The position numbers were made by a program, and so were the translations under genes. A stretch of DNA of 60,364 bases from Candidatus Saccharimonadota bacterium (GTDB lineage Bacteria > Patescibacteriota > Saccharimonadia > Saccharimonadales > Saccharimonadaceae), in the NCBI GenBank assembly GCA_017964025.1, contig JAGCST010000003.1, positions 1-60,364 on the forward strand, read 5' to 3'. The notes beneath the pieces are model-generated. The model worked only from the letters and a program-made list of their open reading frames with translations, ran no database searches and was not told the origin of the DNA. Of the stretch, positions 50,332-60,364 are shown piece by piece. Within the stretch, counting starts at the first letter, position 1, and each line of letters starts with the position of its first letter.

Positions 50332-50808
50332 TTAAGCTTCTCTTTTAGCTAAAACCGCTGAAGAAAGATACATCGTCAACATACCAAGAATCAATGCAAT
50401 TGGTATTACATCTTCTGGGCCAGTAGTTGGCATTGGTGAAGTGGTTGTCTCCGTTTTGCTTTCTGTCTTACTTTCGGTTTTACTGCTTTCAGTTTTGCTA
50501 GAATCGGTTGATAAAGTTCCTACAGTGTTTGAGTTACTATTAGATTGCTTGTTTTCGTCCGATTTAGATTTTTCGTCCGTATTAGTTTTGTTGTCAGAGC
50601 TAGTCTTCCCATTGGAATTAGCATTGGAATCAACTGTAGTTTGAGAAGTTTGTGTAGCCGTATTGTTATTAGAGCTAACTCTGGAACTCTTTTTAGTCGC
50701 AACTACGATAATAGCTACCACCAAAATCAAAATGATGATAACGGTAATTGTCGAAACCGCGATGATTTTACGACGTTCCTTCTTTTCTACATCTCCCTGA
50801 TAATACAT
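50332..50808 (-). CDS. Ser/Thr/Asn-rich membrane protein with LPXTG-like (MPTTG) motif
   Basis: N-terminal TM, low-complexity linker, MPTTG followed by TM and KREA; SD AAGGAG. Confidence 0.75.
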   Translation of the reverse strand: MYYQGDVEKKERRKIIAVSTITVIIILILVVAIIVVATKKSSRVSSNNNTATQTSQTTVDSNANSNGKTSSDNKTNTDEKSKSDENKQSNSNSNTVGTLSTDSSKTESSKTESKTESKTETTTSPMPTTGPEDVIPIALILGMLTMYLSSAVLAKREA

Positions 50809-50899
50809 ATAAAAAACTCCTTATTCTTTAATTATATCACACTTTATTGAAAAACGCAAGTATTTTTATATCATAAAATCAGCTAATATCAATTGGTAT

Positions 50900-51418
50900 T
50901 TATCTCTTGACATAAATAGAAATTGTGGCATTAGCATATTTACGCGTTTTTAATAGCTCTAATTTGGATAATTCTGCGGTATTTTGCGGATGAGACAAGA
51001 CTAATATGCCGCCTTGCTTTAAAAATTGTCCCAACTGCTCTATTTTCGATAAATCAAAATCATCATATGGTGGGTCCGCCAAAATTACATCAAATTTTAT
51101 AGATGTTGTAAAATTCACAACATCACCAGTGAAAATTTTTGCATCAATAGCTAATTTTTGTAAATTTTGACGGATAATTTGACAGGCTTTTTGACTTTTT
51201 TCAATAAACATCACTTGCTCTGCCCCTCTAGAAATTGCTTCAATTCCCAAGGCTCCCGATCCGGCAAAAGCATCCAGAACCAAAGCTCCCGGTAAAAAAT
51301 CCGCTATCATATTGAATAGTGCTAATTTTTCTCGTGCGCCCATCGGATGAGTTTTATTTCCAGGGGTAGAAAGCACCTGCCCCCGATATTTTCCAGATAT
51401 GACTTTTACTTCATTCAT
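50900..51418 (-). CDS. rsmD: 16S rRNA m2G966 methyltransferase
   Basis: VISGKYRG, LDAFAGSGALGIEAISRGA, DPPY. Confidence 0.9.
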   Translation of the reverse strand: MNEVKVISGKYRGQVLSTPGNKTHPMGAREKLALFNMIADFLPGALVLDAFAGSGALGIEAISRGAEQVMFIEKSQKACQIIRQNLQKLAIDAKIFTGDVVNFTTSIKFDVILADPPYDDFDLSKIEQLGQFLKQGGILVLSHPQNTAELSKLELLKTRKYANATISIYVKR

Positions 51419-51431
51419 ACAAAATTCCAAT

Positions 51432-53447
51432 TTAATTTAAGGTGGTAATTTGTTGATATTTCGAAATACCTGTCATCAACTCTTTATATTTTAACATATT
51501 TTCAGGATTTTTCAAGAAATCAACTGCATCCTTCTGGGCTTTGGCAATCAATTTTACATCCGATAATGAGGCAATTCGAAGGTCCAAAGCGCCGTGTTGT
51601 AAGGCTCCATAAATTTCACCAGGACCACGTAATTTTAGATCTACTTCCGCTAGATGAAAACCGTCCGACGATTTCTCAAGCTCTCTTAAACGTCTCGACG
51701 GTGGTATATCTCCAGAAGTTAACAAATAACAAAATGAAGCTACTGTTCCTCGTCCCACACGACCTCTCAATTGATGTAATTGCGCTAAACCATAAGCTTC
51801 GGCATTCTCGATAATCATTAGTGAGGCATTAGGCACGTCTACTCCCACCTCCACTACCGTAGTAGACACCAAAAGATCGATTTTACCAGCCGCAAATTTT
51901 TCCATTATGTTATCATTTTCCGCCGGTTTCATTCGCCCATGTAAAAAATTAATATTCATTTTAGGAAAATCACGCTTCAATTTAGCTAAACGTGATTTTA
52001 CAGAGGTAGTTTCTGCGCGCGAATCGCTATCAATTGCTTTGCAAATCCAATATATTTGCTGTCCAGATTTAAAAGTTTTATTAATCTCTGGATACAAACG
52101 TTCTTGTATTTCTACCTCTGTAAGTATAGAAGTAGTAATCGGCCGACGTCCCTTTGGTAGTTCATTTAATATCGATACTTCTAGATCACCAAATACCGTC
52201 AATTGCAAAGAACGTGGAATTGGGGTAGCAGTCATTGCCAAAAGATGTGGCGCCAATCCCTGAGGGGATTTTAAAGCTAATTTTTGTCTCTGTTCTACTC
52301 CGAAACGGTGTTGTTCATCGATTATTACTAAAGCCAAATCTTTAAATTCGGTATCATCTGTTAGTAATGCATGTGTACCGATTACGAAATCAATTTCACC
52401 ATCAGAAATTTGTCGTTTCAACTCAGCTTTATTTTTAGTCGCACCAGTTAATATAGCTATTTTTACCCCTAATGGCTCCAGAAGCCGCTTCAACCCTTCA
52501 TAATGCTGTGAAGCTAAAATCGCCGTTGGCGCTAATAGTGCCACTTGGTGTCCAGATAAAGTAACGCCATAAGCGGCCAGCGCTGCCACCATCGTCTTTC
52601 CCGAACCGACGTCCCCTTGCAAAAGCCGGTTCATCGGTATTTCACGTTCCATATCTTGAAAAATCTCCCACGCTGCTTTTCTTTGGGCTCCAGTTAAATT
52701 AAATGGGAGTTTAGCTACAAACTCTCGTATTTTTGCTAAATTAAAAGGTATAGCGACAGCTTTTAATTTTTCATTTTCACGACGATTAAGCCTAGCCGCC
52801 AAAATTAATTCAAATAGTTCTTCGTAGGCTAAATAATCGCGAGCCACAGCCACCGATTTTAGAGAATCTGGAAAATGAGCATTAAACAGTGCTTTTTTGC
52901 GCGTTCCCGGAGCTACCGAAGGTAACAAATCAGGGATAGAATTAAAAATATCACGAGAATTTTTCACCAAACGTCTAAAATCGCGTGACTTTAAAGCGCC
53001 ATGAGCTACATAAATAGGGCTAAGACCGGTTTCAGGATCAACATCGGCTACTTCCGCTACTGATGGTGAAACTAAGCTGTAACGTCCGTTTCGAAACTCA
53101 TAATTCCCTGTAAAAAAATACTCTTTATCTGGTGAAAATTGTTTTATTCGATATCTCTGGTTAAACCAGACTACTTTTATTGCTCCAGTTTCATCCCTAA
53201 TAATTCCTTCCGTCACCGACAAATTTCGACGTCTTGCCCGTCTAGTTGATAAAGAATCAATCTTTCCTCTAATCACAACTTTACCAGGATGTATTTCCTC
53301 TATAGAAGTCGGTGCCTCATAATTTTCATAATTTCTTGGCAAATTATAAAAAAAATCCCGCACGGTACGAATACCGTATTTTTTTAATATTTCCGCCGTC
53401 TTCGGCCCCACCCCCTTCAATTTTTCAACCGATGCGAAAAAATCCAT
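51432..53447 (-). CDS. recG: ATP-dependent DNA helicase RecG
   Basis: LLQGDVGSGKT, DEQHRFG, MTATPIPRSL, QLHQLRGRVGRG, DLKLRGPGE. Confidence 0.97.
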   Translation of the reverse strand: MDFFASVEKLKGVGPKTAEILKKYGIRTVRDFFYNLPRNYENYEAPTSIEEIHPGKVVIRGKIDSLSTRRARRRNLSVTEGIIRDETGAIKVVWFNQRYRIKQFSPDKEYFFTGNYEFRNGRYSLVSPSVAEVADVDPETGLSPIYVAHGALKSRDFRRLVKNSRDIFNSIPDLLPSVAPGTRKKALFNAHFPDSLKSVAVARDYLAYEELFELILAARLNRRENEKLKAVAIPFNLAKIREFVAKLPFNLTGAQRKAAWEIFQDMEREIPMNRLLQGDVGSGKTMVAALAAYGVTLSGHQVALLAPTAILASQHYEGLKRLLEPLGVKIAILTGATKNKAELKRQISDGEIDFVIGTHALLTDDTEFKDLALVIIDEQHRFGVEQRQKLALKSPQGLAPHLLAMTATPIPRSLQLTVFGDLEVSILNELPKGRRPITTSILTEVEIQERLYPEINKTFKSGQQIYWICKAIDSDSRAETTSVKSRLAKLKRDFPKMNINFLHGRMKPAENDNIMEKFAAGKIDLLVSTTVVEVGVDVPNASLMIIENAEAYGLAQLHQLRGRVGRGTVASFCYLLTSGDIPPSRRLRELEKSSDGFHLAEVDLKLRGPGEIYGALQHGALDLRIASLSDVKLIAKAQKDAVDFLKNPENMLKYKELMTGISKYQQITTLN

Positions 53448-53449
53448 AA

Positions 53450-53620
53450 CTATTGATGATTTAGAGGATTGCTAATATTGTCACTACCTAAATGCATGGC
53501 CTCATGAATCTTATCATGATCATGAATATCCTTATGAATTGTATCTGGATCCTTTGACAAATTTCTATGAATATCATTATGATCAACTATCCCAGATTTG
53601 TTTTTATCATCTCCTAACAT
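53450..53620 (-). CDS. His/Asp-rich 56-aa small protein (not in ORF track)
   Basis: SD AGGAGG, ATG at 53620; MLGDDKNKSGIVDHNDIHRNLSKDPDTIHKDIHDHDKIHEAMHLGSDNISNPLNHQ; stop 2 nt before the recG start. Confidence 0.75.
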   Translation of the reverse strand: MLGDDKNKSGIVDHNDIHRNLSKDPDTIHKDIHDHDKIHEAMHLGSDNISNPLNHQ

Positions 53621-53637
53621 TTTGCCTCCTTTATTAT

Positions 53638-54306
53638 TTACTCTATTATACCACTATGATCTTTGCGCCATTTAGCAATTTCACCGTGATTTCCAGACAA
53701 CAATACCTCTGGTACTTTCATCCCTCGAAAATCTTCCGCTCGCGTATATTGTGGGTATTCTAAATTATTTCCCTCAGAAAAAGACTCAATCTCGGCTGAT
53801 TTTTCTCCACCTAACACCCCAGGGATTAATCGCACTACAGAGTCAATTATAATTAGAGCTGGCAATTCCCCACCTGTTAATACGTATTTACCTAAGGAAA
53901 TTTTATAATCCACAATGCTAAGAATCCTTTCGTCATAACCTTCATAATGCGGACACAAAATAATATAATGAACCGTATCGTTAAAAGTCATATTCTCTAC
54001 CATTTCTCGTGCCATTTTTTGGTCCCAAATTTTACCTACTGGAGTCGGTAAAATCACCTTTGCCATAGAATCTTTAGCTTTTACTGATTCAATCGCTTCA
54101 AAAACTGGCTCACATCTCAGTAACATACCATCACCACCACCGTAAGGCGTATCATCCACAGACTTGTGTGGCCCTAATCCAAATTCTCTTAAATCTACAA
54201 AATCAAATTCCGCCAATCCTTTTTCAGTGGCTTTCCACATCATTGAAGTTTTGAGATACGGTTCAATTGCCTCCCGAAACAGCGTAATAATTGTAAATTT
54301 AATCAT
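53638..54306 (-). CDS. trmD: tRNA (guanine-N1)-methyltransferase
   Basis: VDDTPYGGGDGM, HYEGYDER, SLGKYVLTGGE, VPEVLLSGNH. Start moved to 54306. Confidence 0.96.
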   Translation of the reverse strand: MIKFTIITLFREAIEPYLKTSMMWKATEKGLAEFDFVDLREFGLGPHKSVDDTPYGGGDGMLLRCEPVFEAIESVKAKDSMAKVILPTPVGKIWDQKMAREMVENMTFNDTVHYIILCPHYEGYDERILSIVDYKISLGKYVLTGGELPALIIIDSVVRLIPGVLGGEKSAEIESFSEGNNLEYPQYTRAEDFRGMKVPEVLLSGNHGEIAKWRKDHSGIIE

Positions 54307-54322
54307 ACCTCTATTATACCAC

Positions 54323-54463
54323 AAAGAAAACCGGCCTTACGACCGGTTCCCCGCTGTTACGCGCCCACCCTTGGGGCACATTGTTTTGTTTTAATCCGCT
54401 GTTTGTTTTAATGAGTCTCCACACTCCACTTGTCAGTGGAACCCCTGTGAAGCGTACCAGCTT
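54323..54463 (-). ncRNA. About 140-nt structured RNA candidate (sRNA or attenuator) upstream of trmD
   Basis: Promoter TTGACA-17-TATTAT (54498-54470); nested stems; terminator AACCGGTC-GTAA-GGCCGGTT-TTCTTT. Confidence 0.55.
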
Positions 54464-54550
54464 ATATTTATAATAAAGCATAAGCGTTGGGCTGTCAAGC
54501 GATTTTGACCATAAAATTTGACAAAATTGCAAAAAATGACTTTTCCACAG

Positions 54551-54574
54551 AAAAGCCCTGGCTAATAGCCAGGG
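54551..54574 (-). terminator. Terminator of the orphan gene
   Basis: CCCTGGCT...AGCCAGGG-CTTTT. Confidence 0.8.
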
Positions 54575-54577
54575 ATT

Positions 54578-55096
54578 TCACATAACGTCTTCAGCGCAGT
54601 ATTCTGTAGGAACATAATGGTTTAGAGGTTCATCATATTTTAAATAACTGAAAAACTCCGCTGTGCAAGGGTGCAAATCATTTTTGACAAAGAAATATAA
54701 TTCACCATCATCAGTGTATAAACACATTTCGTCTCTATCTAGACGATTAATGCGATTAATTGAACCAGAACCAGGCTCACGATGGGACAATCTTTTTACC
54801 AAAACGACATGTGATGGCCGTTTTTTAGGTATGTCTCCGTTATGATGCCCATGGCATCCATATAGTTCACCGGTGAGAAAAAGTCTACCTCGGATTTCCA
54901 TTTCATTAATTGACGGATCATCCCAGATTTTATAAAAATCTCGTGCAGCCAAAGCCATATTATCGTATCCATCTTCCTTTAAGAAAAGTAAAACCCACTC
55001 ATGAAATTGCCATGTTGGATTGGCGTGTTTTATATTAGGAATTTTCCATCCAGGTCGAGAATGGTTACCTCCTCTACCATTTGTGATACTACTCAT
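54578..55096 (-). CDS. Hypothetical protein (172 aa)
   Basis: Own promoter TTGACT-17-TATAAT, SD AGGAGG and terminator. Confidence 0.75.
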   Translation of the reverse strand: MSSITNGRGGNHSRPGWKIPNIKHANPTWQFHEWVLLFLKEDGYDNMALAARDFYKIWDDPSINEMEIRGRLFLTGELYGCHGHHNGDIPKKRPSHVVLVKRLSHREPGSGSINRINRLDRDEMCLYTDDGELYFFVKNDLHPCTAEFFSYLKYDEPLNHYVPTEYCAEDVM

Positions 55097-55193
55097 TTAA
55101 CCCCCCTCCTTTTATACTACTCTGTAAAAATACTCACTTCCACAAGAGGAAGTGTAATACGTATATTATAGCACAAATTTTATGAAAAGTCAA
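55097..55193 (-). promoter_or_regulatory. Consensus promoter, hairpin and conserved leader of an orphan gene
   Basis: TTGACT-17-TATAAT; hairpin CACTTCC/GGAAGTG; GTATTTTTACAGAGTAGTATAAAAGGAGGGGG. Confidence 0.75.
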
Positions 55194-55224
55194 TATTATG
55201 CTTTAATTCATTATAGAAATATGA

Positions 55225-56619
<1,395 letters not shown>

Positions 56620-56628
56620 AATTAATAT

Positions 56629-57696
56629 TTAATGAATATAATTAAATCTTCCTACTTCACTAGCTGGGATAGTTGAGAACAATACACCATAACAACCAGC
56701 GTAATTTCGCTCGGAGACATTGATCGAACCATCACCATTTACAGACTCCACATATCCAACGTGTCCATACCAACCAGAATCTGTCTGGAAGATTGCGCCT
56801 GCTGCCGGGGTATGATTTACTAGAAGCCCAGCCGATCTAGCCACATCATCCCACCTGTTAGCGTTAGCCTTAATAAAACCAAGATCTGGTCGCTTCAACC
56901 AACCCCACGTAGTACACTGGCCTGCACCGAGGCTTCTATTACAAACAAGGTTAGTTCTAGAAGAAGCATTACCTAGATAAGTATAGGTATAATTAGTGTT
57001 TGTATAGGTAGGTCTTCTAACTGGTGCTACATACTCTGGGCGTTCAGTTTCAGGCAATGAACCATCTTTAATCACGATATTCATGCCTTCAGAAATACCA
57101 GAAATTTCCAAGTCATTTAAGGCAATAATTTCTTCAGCATTGGAACCGTATTTACTTACGATAGAATCGATAGTATCACCAGATTTTACAGTATAAACTA
57201 TACCAGGCGTGCTGGGGATTTTAATTATAGTACCAGCTGCTACATCTACAGTTTTTAATCCGTTAGACCAACGAATTTGATCAGCCGAAGCATCATATCT
57301 AGCAGCTATTATATCGATATTCTCACCTTCCTGAACTTCATACTCAATCACCCCACGTGAGGCATTCACATTAGTGATACTAGGTTTTTCTAACTTACCC
57401 GACGACGTCATACCAGAATTATAAATTGAAGTGGCTGCAACATAATTTGAAGCCACATCAGAGGCGCTAGCTAATCTCAAAGCGTTTGATACATCTGCTA
57501 CTACATATAATTCTGACATCTGATCAACAGATACACCATATTCACTATCTACAAAGGTATCTAAACTAAGGTTTATTTCTCTATTTTGCTTATCAATCGA
57601 GCCAACAAAAACTACGGTAAGTACAATTCCACCCGTCAAAATATAAGGTAAAAACTTACCAAACTTATCTAAAAATTTCTTTCTTTTTCTTGTCAT
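56629..57696 (-). CDS. LysM-LysM-CHAP peptidoglycan hydrolase
   Basis: Two LysM repeats (YEVQEGE, YTVKSGDT); CHAP GQCTTWG, YGHVGYVE, SERNY. Confidence 0.9.
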   Translation of the reverse strand: MTRKRKKFLDKFGKFLPYILTGGIVLTVVFVGSIDKQNREINLSLDTFVDSEYGVSVDQMSELYVVADVSNALRLASASDVASNYVAATSIYNSGMTSSGKLEKPSITNVNASRGVIEYEVQEGENIDIIAARYDASADQIRWSNGLKTVDVAAGTIIKIPSTPGIVYTVKSGDTIDSIVSKYGSNAEEIIALNDLEISGISEGMNIVIKDGSLPETERPEYVAPVRRPTYTNTNYTYTYLGNASSRTNLVCNRSLGAGQCTTWGWLKRPDLGFIKANANRWDDVARSAGLLVNHTPAAGAIFQTDSGWYGHVGYVESVNGDGSINVSERNYAGCYGVLFSTIPASEVGRFNYIH

Positions 57697-59321
57697 AATG
57701 ATGCATTACAGAGCCTTTGGCAATGGCTGTAAATATTTTGGTTATGCTCAGACTCTGTATAACTATAATACATCAAACCATCGTCTCCTGTCAAGAAATA
57801 TAGATAAGAAGTATCTGTTGGCTCAGCTACTGCAAGTAGTGCCGAAAGTCCAGGATTAGAGATTGGCCCACAAGGTAATCCTCCATGTAATCTCGTATTA
57901 TAGCAAGAGTCAATCGTTAAAGCCGCCTGATTATCACTATATGTTTGTCTGTCAGGATCTACTACATCAAGTGCATAAGATACCGTTACGTCGCTTCCAA
58001 GTGGTATTCCAAGCGAAAGGCGAGACAAAAATACCTGTGCCACCGTAGGCTGTTCAGAAGAAGAAGCCTCTTTTTGTACCACGGAGGCTAGTGTTACTCC
58101 TTCAAATAGAGATAATCCCCTCGCTTCGTATTTTGCCTTTAAATCGTTTTGGGTAATTACTTCGTTCATACCTTCCAAATACTTTTGTAGAATATCTTTT
58201 ACGGTTGCATCTTTAAAGAATTCGTGAGTTTCTCCATATAAAAAGCCTTCAATAGTAGCTCCACTTGGACGTCCATTTAAGAAATCAAAATCATAATTTG
58301 CTATTAAAGCTGCATCGATATCTTCTTCTAAGTAATTCAAAGCTAATAATTTTTTCTTAACGTCAAAAATCGTTTCCCCCGGTAAAATCGTAAAAGTAAA
58401 TGTATTCTCATCGTTTACGCCATTTGCGAGCCCATCAATAATTTCATCCGCTGACATACCTTTGTTAAACAAATAAATCCCGCTTTTGAAATTTACATCT
58501 GATCGAAAAACTTGCACATAAGCCTTAAAAACCAGAGAATTTTTAATTAAATTAGCTTGCTCTAAATTACTAGCAATAATCGATTTAGATTCTCCTTCGC
58601 TCACAACAAATTCCACTTCCTCACACGAAGAAGTTTCTGCACATTTCGTATCCACAGGTTCTAACATAGATTTTGCCCAGAAAAATCCACCTACACCACC
58701 AAGTATGATTAATATAAAAACTGGTAAAACCACAAAATTCATTAAAGTTTTTATTTTAGACTTAGCTTTTTTTGTGTTTAATTTCACTTTATCAGCTTCC
58801 TTTTTAGTTAAATTTGTTACATTATCACGTGCCTCATTTACTGCCACTTTAACTGTGTCAGTCGTCCCTGTGGTAGCTTTACTACCATTTTTTGGAATGG
58901 TTTCTTGCACCATATCACCAATGGTAAAATTTTCCAAGAAATCTTGTAAAATAATAGCAGCGGCTTCGGCATCAATTTCACCTTTTTCGTAGGATCTTTT
59001 ACGCATCCTCAATCGTTCTTCTGCTTCGACAGAAGTAAATGATTCATCTTGAAACTTGATGCGTGCCTCGGGAATTTTTTCACCCAATGTTTTAGCGAAA
59101 TTTCTGACGTAAACAGACTGTGCAGTTTCATTTCCTTCATTGCTACGTGGCAACCCCAATACGAAGAAATTAGTACTATTTAAACGTGCCAAACGAGCAA
59201 TTTCTTGCCACTCTGAACCATCTACGTTTAAAAACTTAACTGGTACCGCAATTCGCGTATTCGAATCCGCCTTGGCTACGCCAATGCGTTTTTCGCCCAC
59301 ATCTAAGCCTAAAACTCGCAT
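57693..59321 (-). CDS. YqgF/RuvX - MltG fusion protein
   Basis: N-terminal LGLDVGEKRIGVA, QDESFTS, IDAEAAAIILQ; TM helix; MltG EGFLYGET, ASVVQKE, YNTR...GLPCGPISNPG, YLYF. Confidence 0.9.
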   Translation of the reverse strand: MRVLGLDVGEKRIGVAKADSNTRIAVPVKFLNVDGSEWQEIARLARLNSTNFFVLGLPRSNEGNETAQSVYVRNFAKTLGEKIPEARIKFQDESFTSVEAEERLRMRKRSYEKGEIDAEAAAIILQDFLENFTIGDMVQETIPKNGSKATTGTTDTVKVAVNEARDNVTNLTKKEADKVKLNTKKAKSKIKTLMNFVVLPVFILIILGGVGGFFWAKSMLEPVDTKCAETSSCEEVEFVVSEGESKSIIASNLEQANLIKNSLVFKAYVQVFRSDVNFKSGIYLFNKGMSADEIIDGLANGVNDENTFTFTILPGETIFDVKKKLLALNYLEEDIDAALIANYDFDFLNGRPSGATIEGFLYGETHEFFKDATVKDILQKYLEGMNEVITQNDLKAKYEARGLSLFEGVTLASVVQKEASSSEQPTVAQVFLSRLSLGIPLGSDVTVSYALDVVDPDRQTYSDNQAALTIDSCYNTRLHGGLPCGPISNPGLSALLAVAEPTDTSYLYFLTGDDGLMYYSYTESEHNQNIYSHCQRLCNASL

Positions 59322-59352
59322 TTTTCTCCTCGCATTTTTAAACTATTGATTA

Positions 59353-60220
59353 CTATTCTTTTTTATCGTCAGATTCTTCTTTTTTCTCTTCACTGTCTTC
59401 TTCTTCAGTATTTTTTTGATCGTCGTTTTGTTCTATATTATTTCCGTCTTGGTCTTTAACTTCAAAACTAATTTTAATTTTACCAGAATTGGTTGGAACC
59501 ACCATTACCCATGGGTAAGATTTATCGATTTTCACATCCGACACGCCCTTAATATCTGAAATTTCACGATTAGCATCACCAAGACCTTTACCCTTAATTT
59601 TTTCAATCAATTCTTCTTTGGTTACTTTTGGACCAACAAAGTATTGAGCTTTCAATTTAGTAGTAACTCCAACAGCAATATGTGACATATTTTCAATATA
59701 AATATTTTCAATTTTATAGGTTTTTTGATCATCCCCAAGTTTAGCCTTATTATCAACATATTCTTCCAGTTTTATTTTATCAATCACATAAACCGTGGAA
59801 GTAGTTTTAACTTCAAGTGATGGTTGGACACCCTCACCTACTTTTTCATCTACCGTAGGAGTAATTACATCATCAGAAATCGACTGTTCGAAGCTTGATT
59901 CAATAATATAGTATTTATCACAACTTTCAATTTTAATTTTTTCGAAGAGCTTTTCTTTATTCTCTTCTTCCTTCGAAGACTTGATTTGATTTTGTGCGGC
60001 AATTACATCAGACTGTTGAACTACAGTAATAACATCATCAGTACCACCTTCCATTGCTTTGTCTGAATACGCGCCAACTGGAGCGACCGTATCCCAACCA
60101 GATTGTTGCATTGCAATATTATATTTAGCTCCAGCTTCTATAGCAGTTACATTGACACGTGCAGAGATTCGACAACCTGATTCAACCAAATCTTTGAAAT
60201 TATTCCCATTATCACAGCCT
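59353..60220 (-). CDS. C-terminal part of a baseplate-J-like hypothetical protein, 5' truncated
   Basis: EAGAKYN, MEGGTD, IKGKG, SYPWV. The frame is open upstream of 60189 until sequence of different origin; the 5' boundary is approximate. Confidence 0.55.
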
Positions 60221-60364
60221 TCTATTCCTCTTCCTTCATATAATAATGTGGTAGTTTTATCAGATAGTGGGAAACTAGTAATTTTTGAAGTTGATTTTGA
60301 TAAAAAGAAATTTGTGAGAATTAATCAGGAAATATATGGGAAAAGTGGATGTAGAAGAATTACC
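60221..60364 (+). other. Eukaryotic SF3B3/Rse1-like coding fragment (probable chimeric contig end)
   Basis: Translates as VVVLSDSGKLVIFEVDFDKKKFVRINQEIYGKSGCRRIT, resembling the SF3B3 N-terminal motifs SDSG and QETFGKSGCRRI. Confidence 0.75.

Noticed and set aside
53539-53763. Plus-strand 74-aa ORF
   Set aside because: Antisense to trmD and to the SD-led 56-aa ORF.
54360-54375. T-box-like AGGGTGGGCGCG
   Set aside because: Lacks the UGGnACC bulge sequence, and no specifier stem is evident.
59353-60189. Prophage or contractile-tail locus suggested by the baseplate-like gene
   Set aside because: No other phage structural genes; it is co-oriented with housekeeping cell-wall genes.

Overview
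AT-rich, gene-dense chromosomal segment. Gene content and organisation fit a Patescibacteria/CPR bacterium, most likely Saccharibacteria (TM7), using the standard genetic code; this is inferred, not searched. Housekeeping genes: fusA (partial), gatCAB, murJ, a class A PBP, queA, uvrB, uvrC, lysS, greA, rseP, uppS, frr, rpmE2, rpsB-tsf, secG, eno, gap-rpiB-rpe-pfkB, rpsL-rpsG, tig, recG, rsmD, trmD, obg and two tRNA-Leu genes. A complete MoxR/DUF58/vWA (Bat-like) operon and several surface proteins are also present. I found no integrase, transposase, reverse transcriptase or CRISPR array. The most notable signals lie outside the ORF track: (1) unrelated orphan genes forming stand-alone units with near-identical promoters and a shared 32-nt leader, plus a copy of that promoter firing antisense inside the MoxR operon; (2) two promoter/terminator-bounded ncRNA candidates, one 6S-like; (3) a GC-rich palindromic element inserted in-frame in obg; (4) pervasive leaderless genes; (5) a YqgF/RuvX-MltG fusion; (6) a two-gene phosphoketolase; (7) a missed His/Asp-rich 56-aa ORF; (8) an att-like duplicate of a tRNA 3' end; (9) a eukaryotic SF3B3-like fragment at the right end, probably an assembly chimera. 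All family assignments come from motif recognition by eye.
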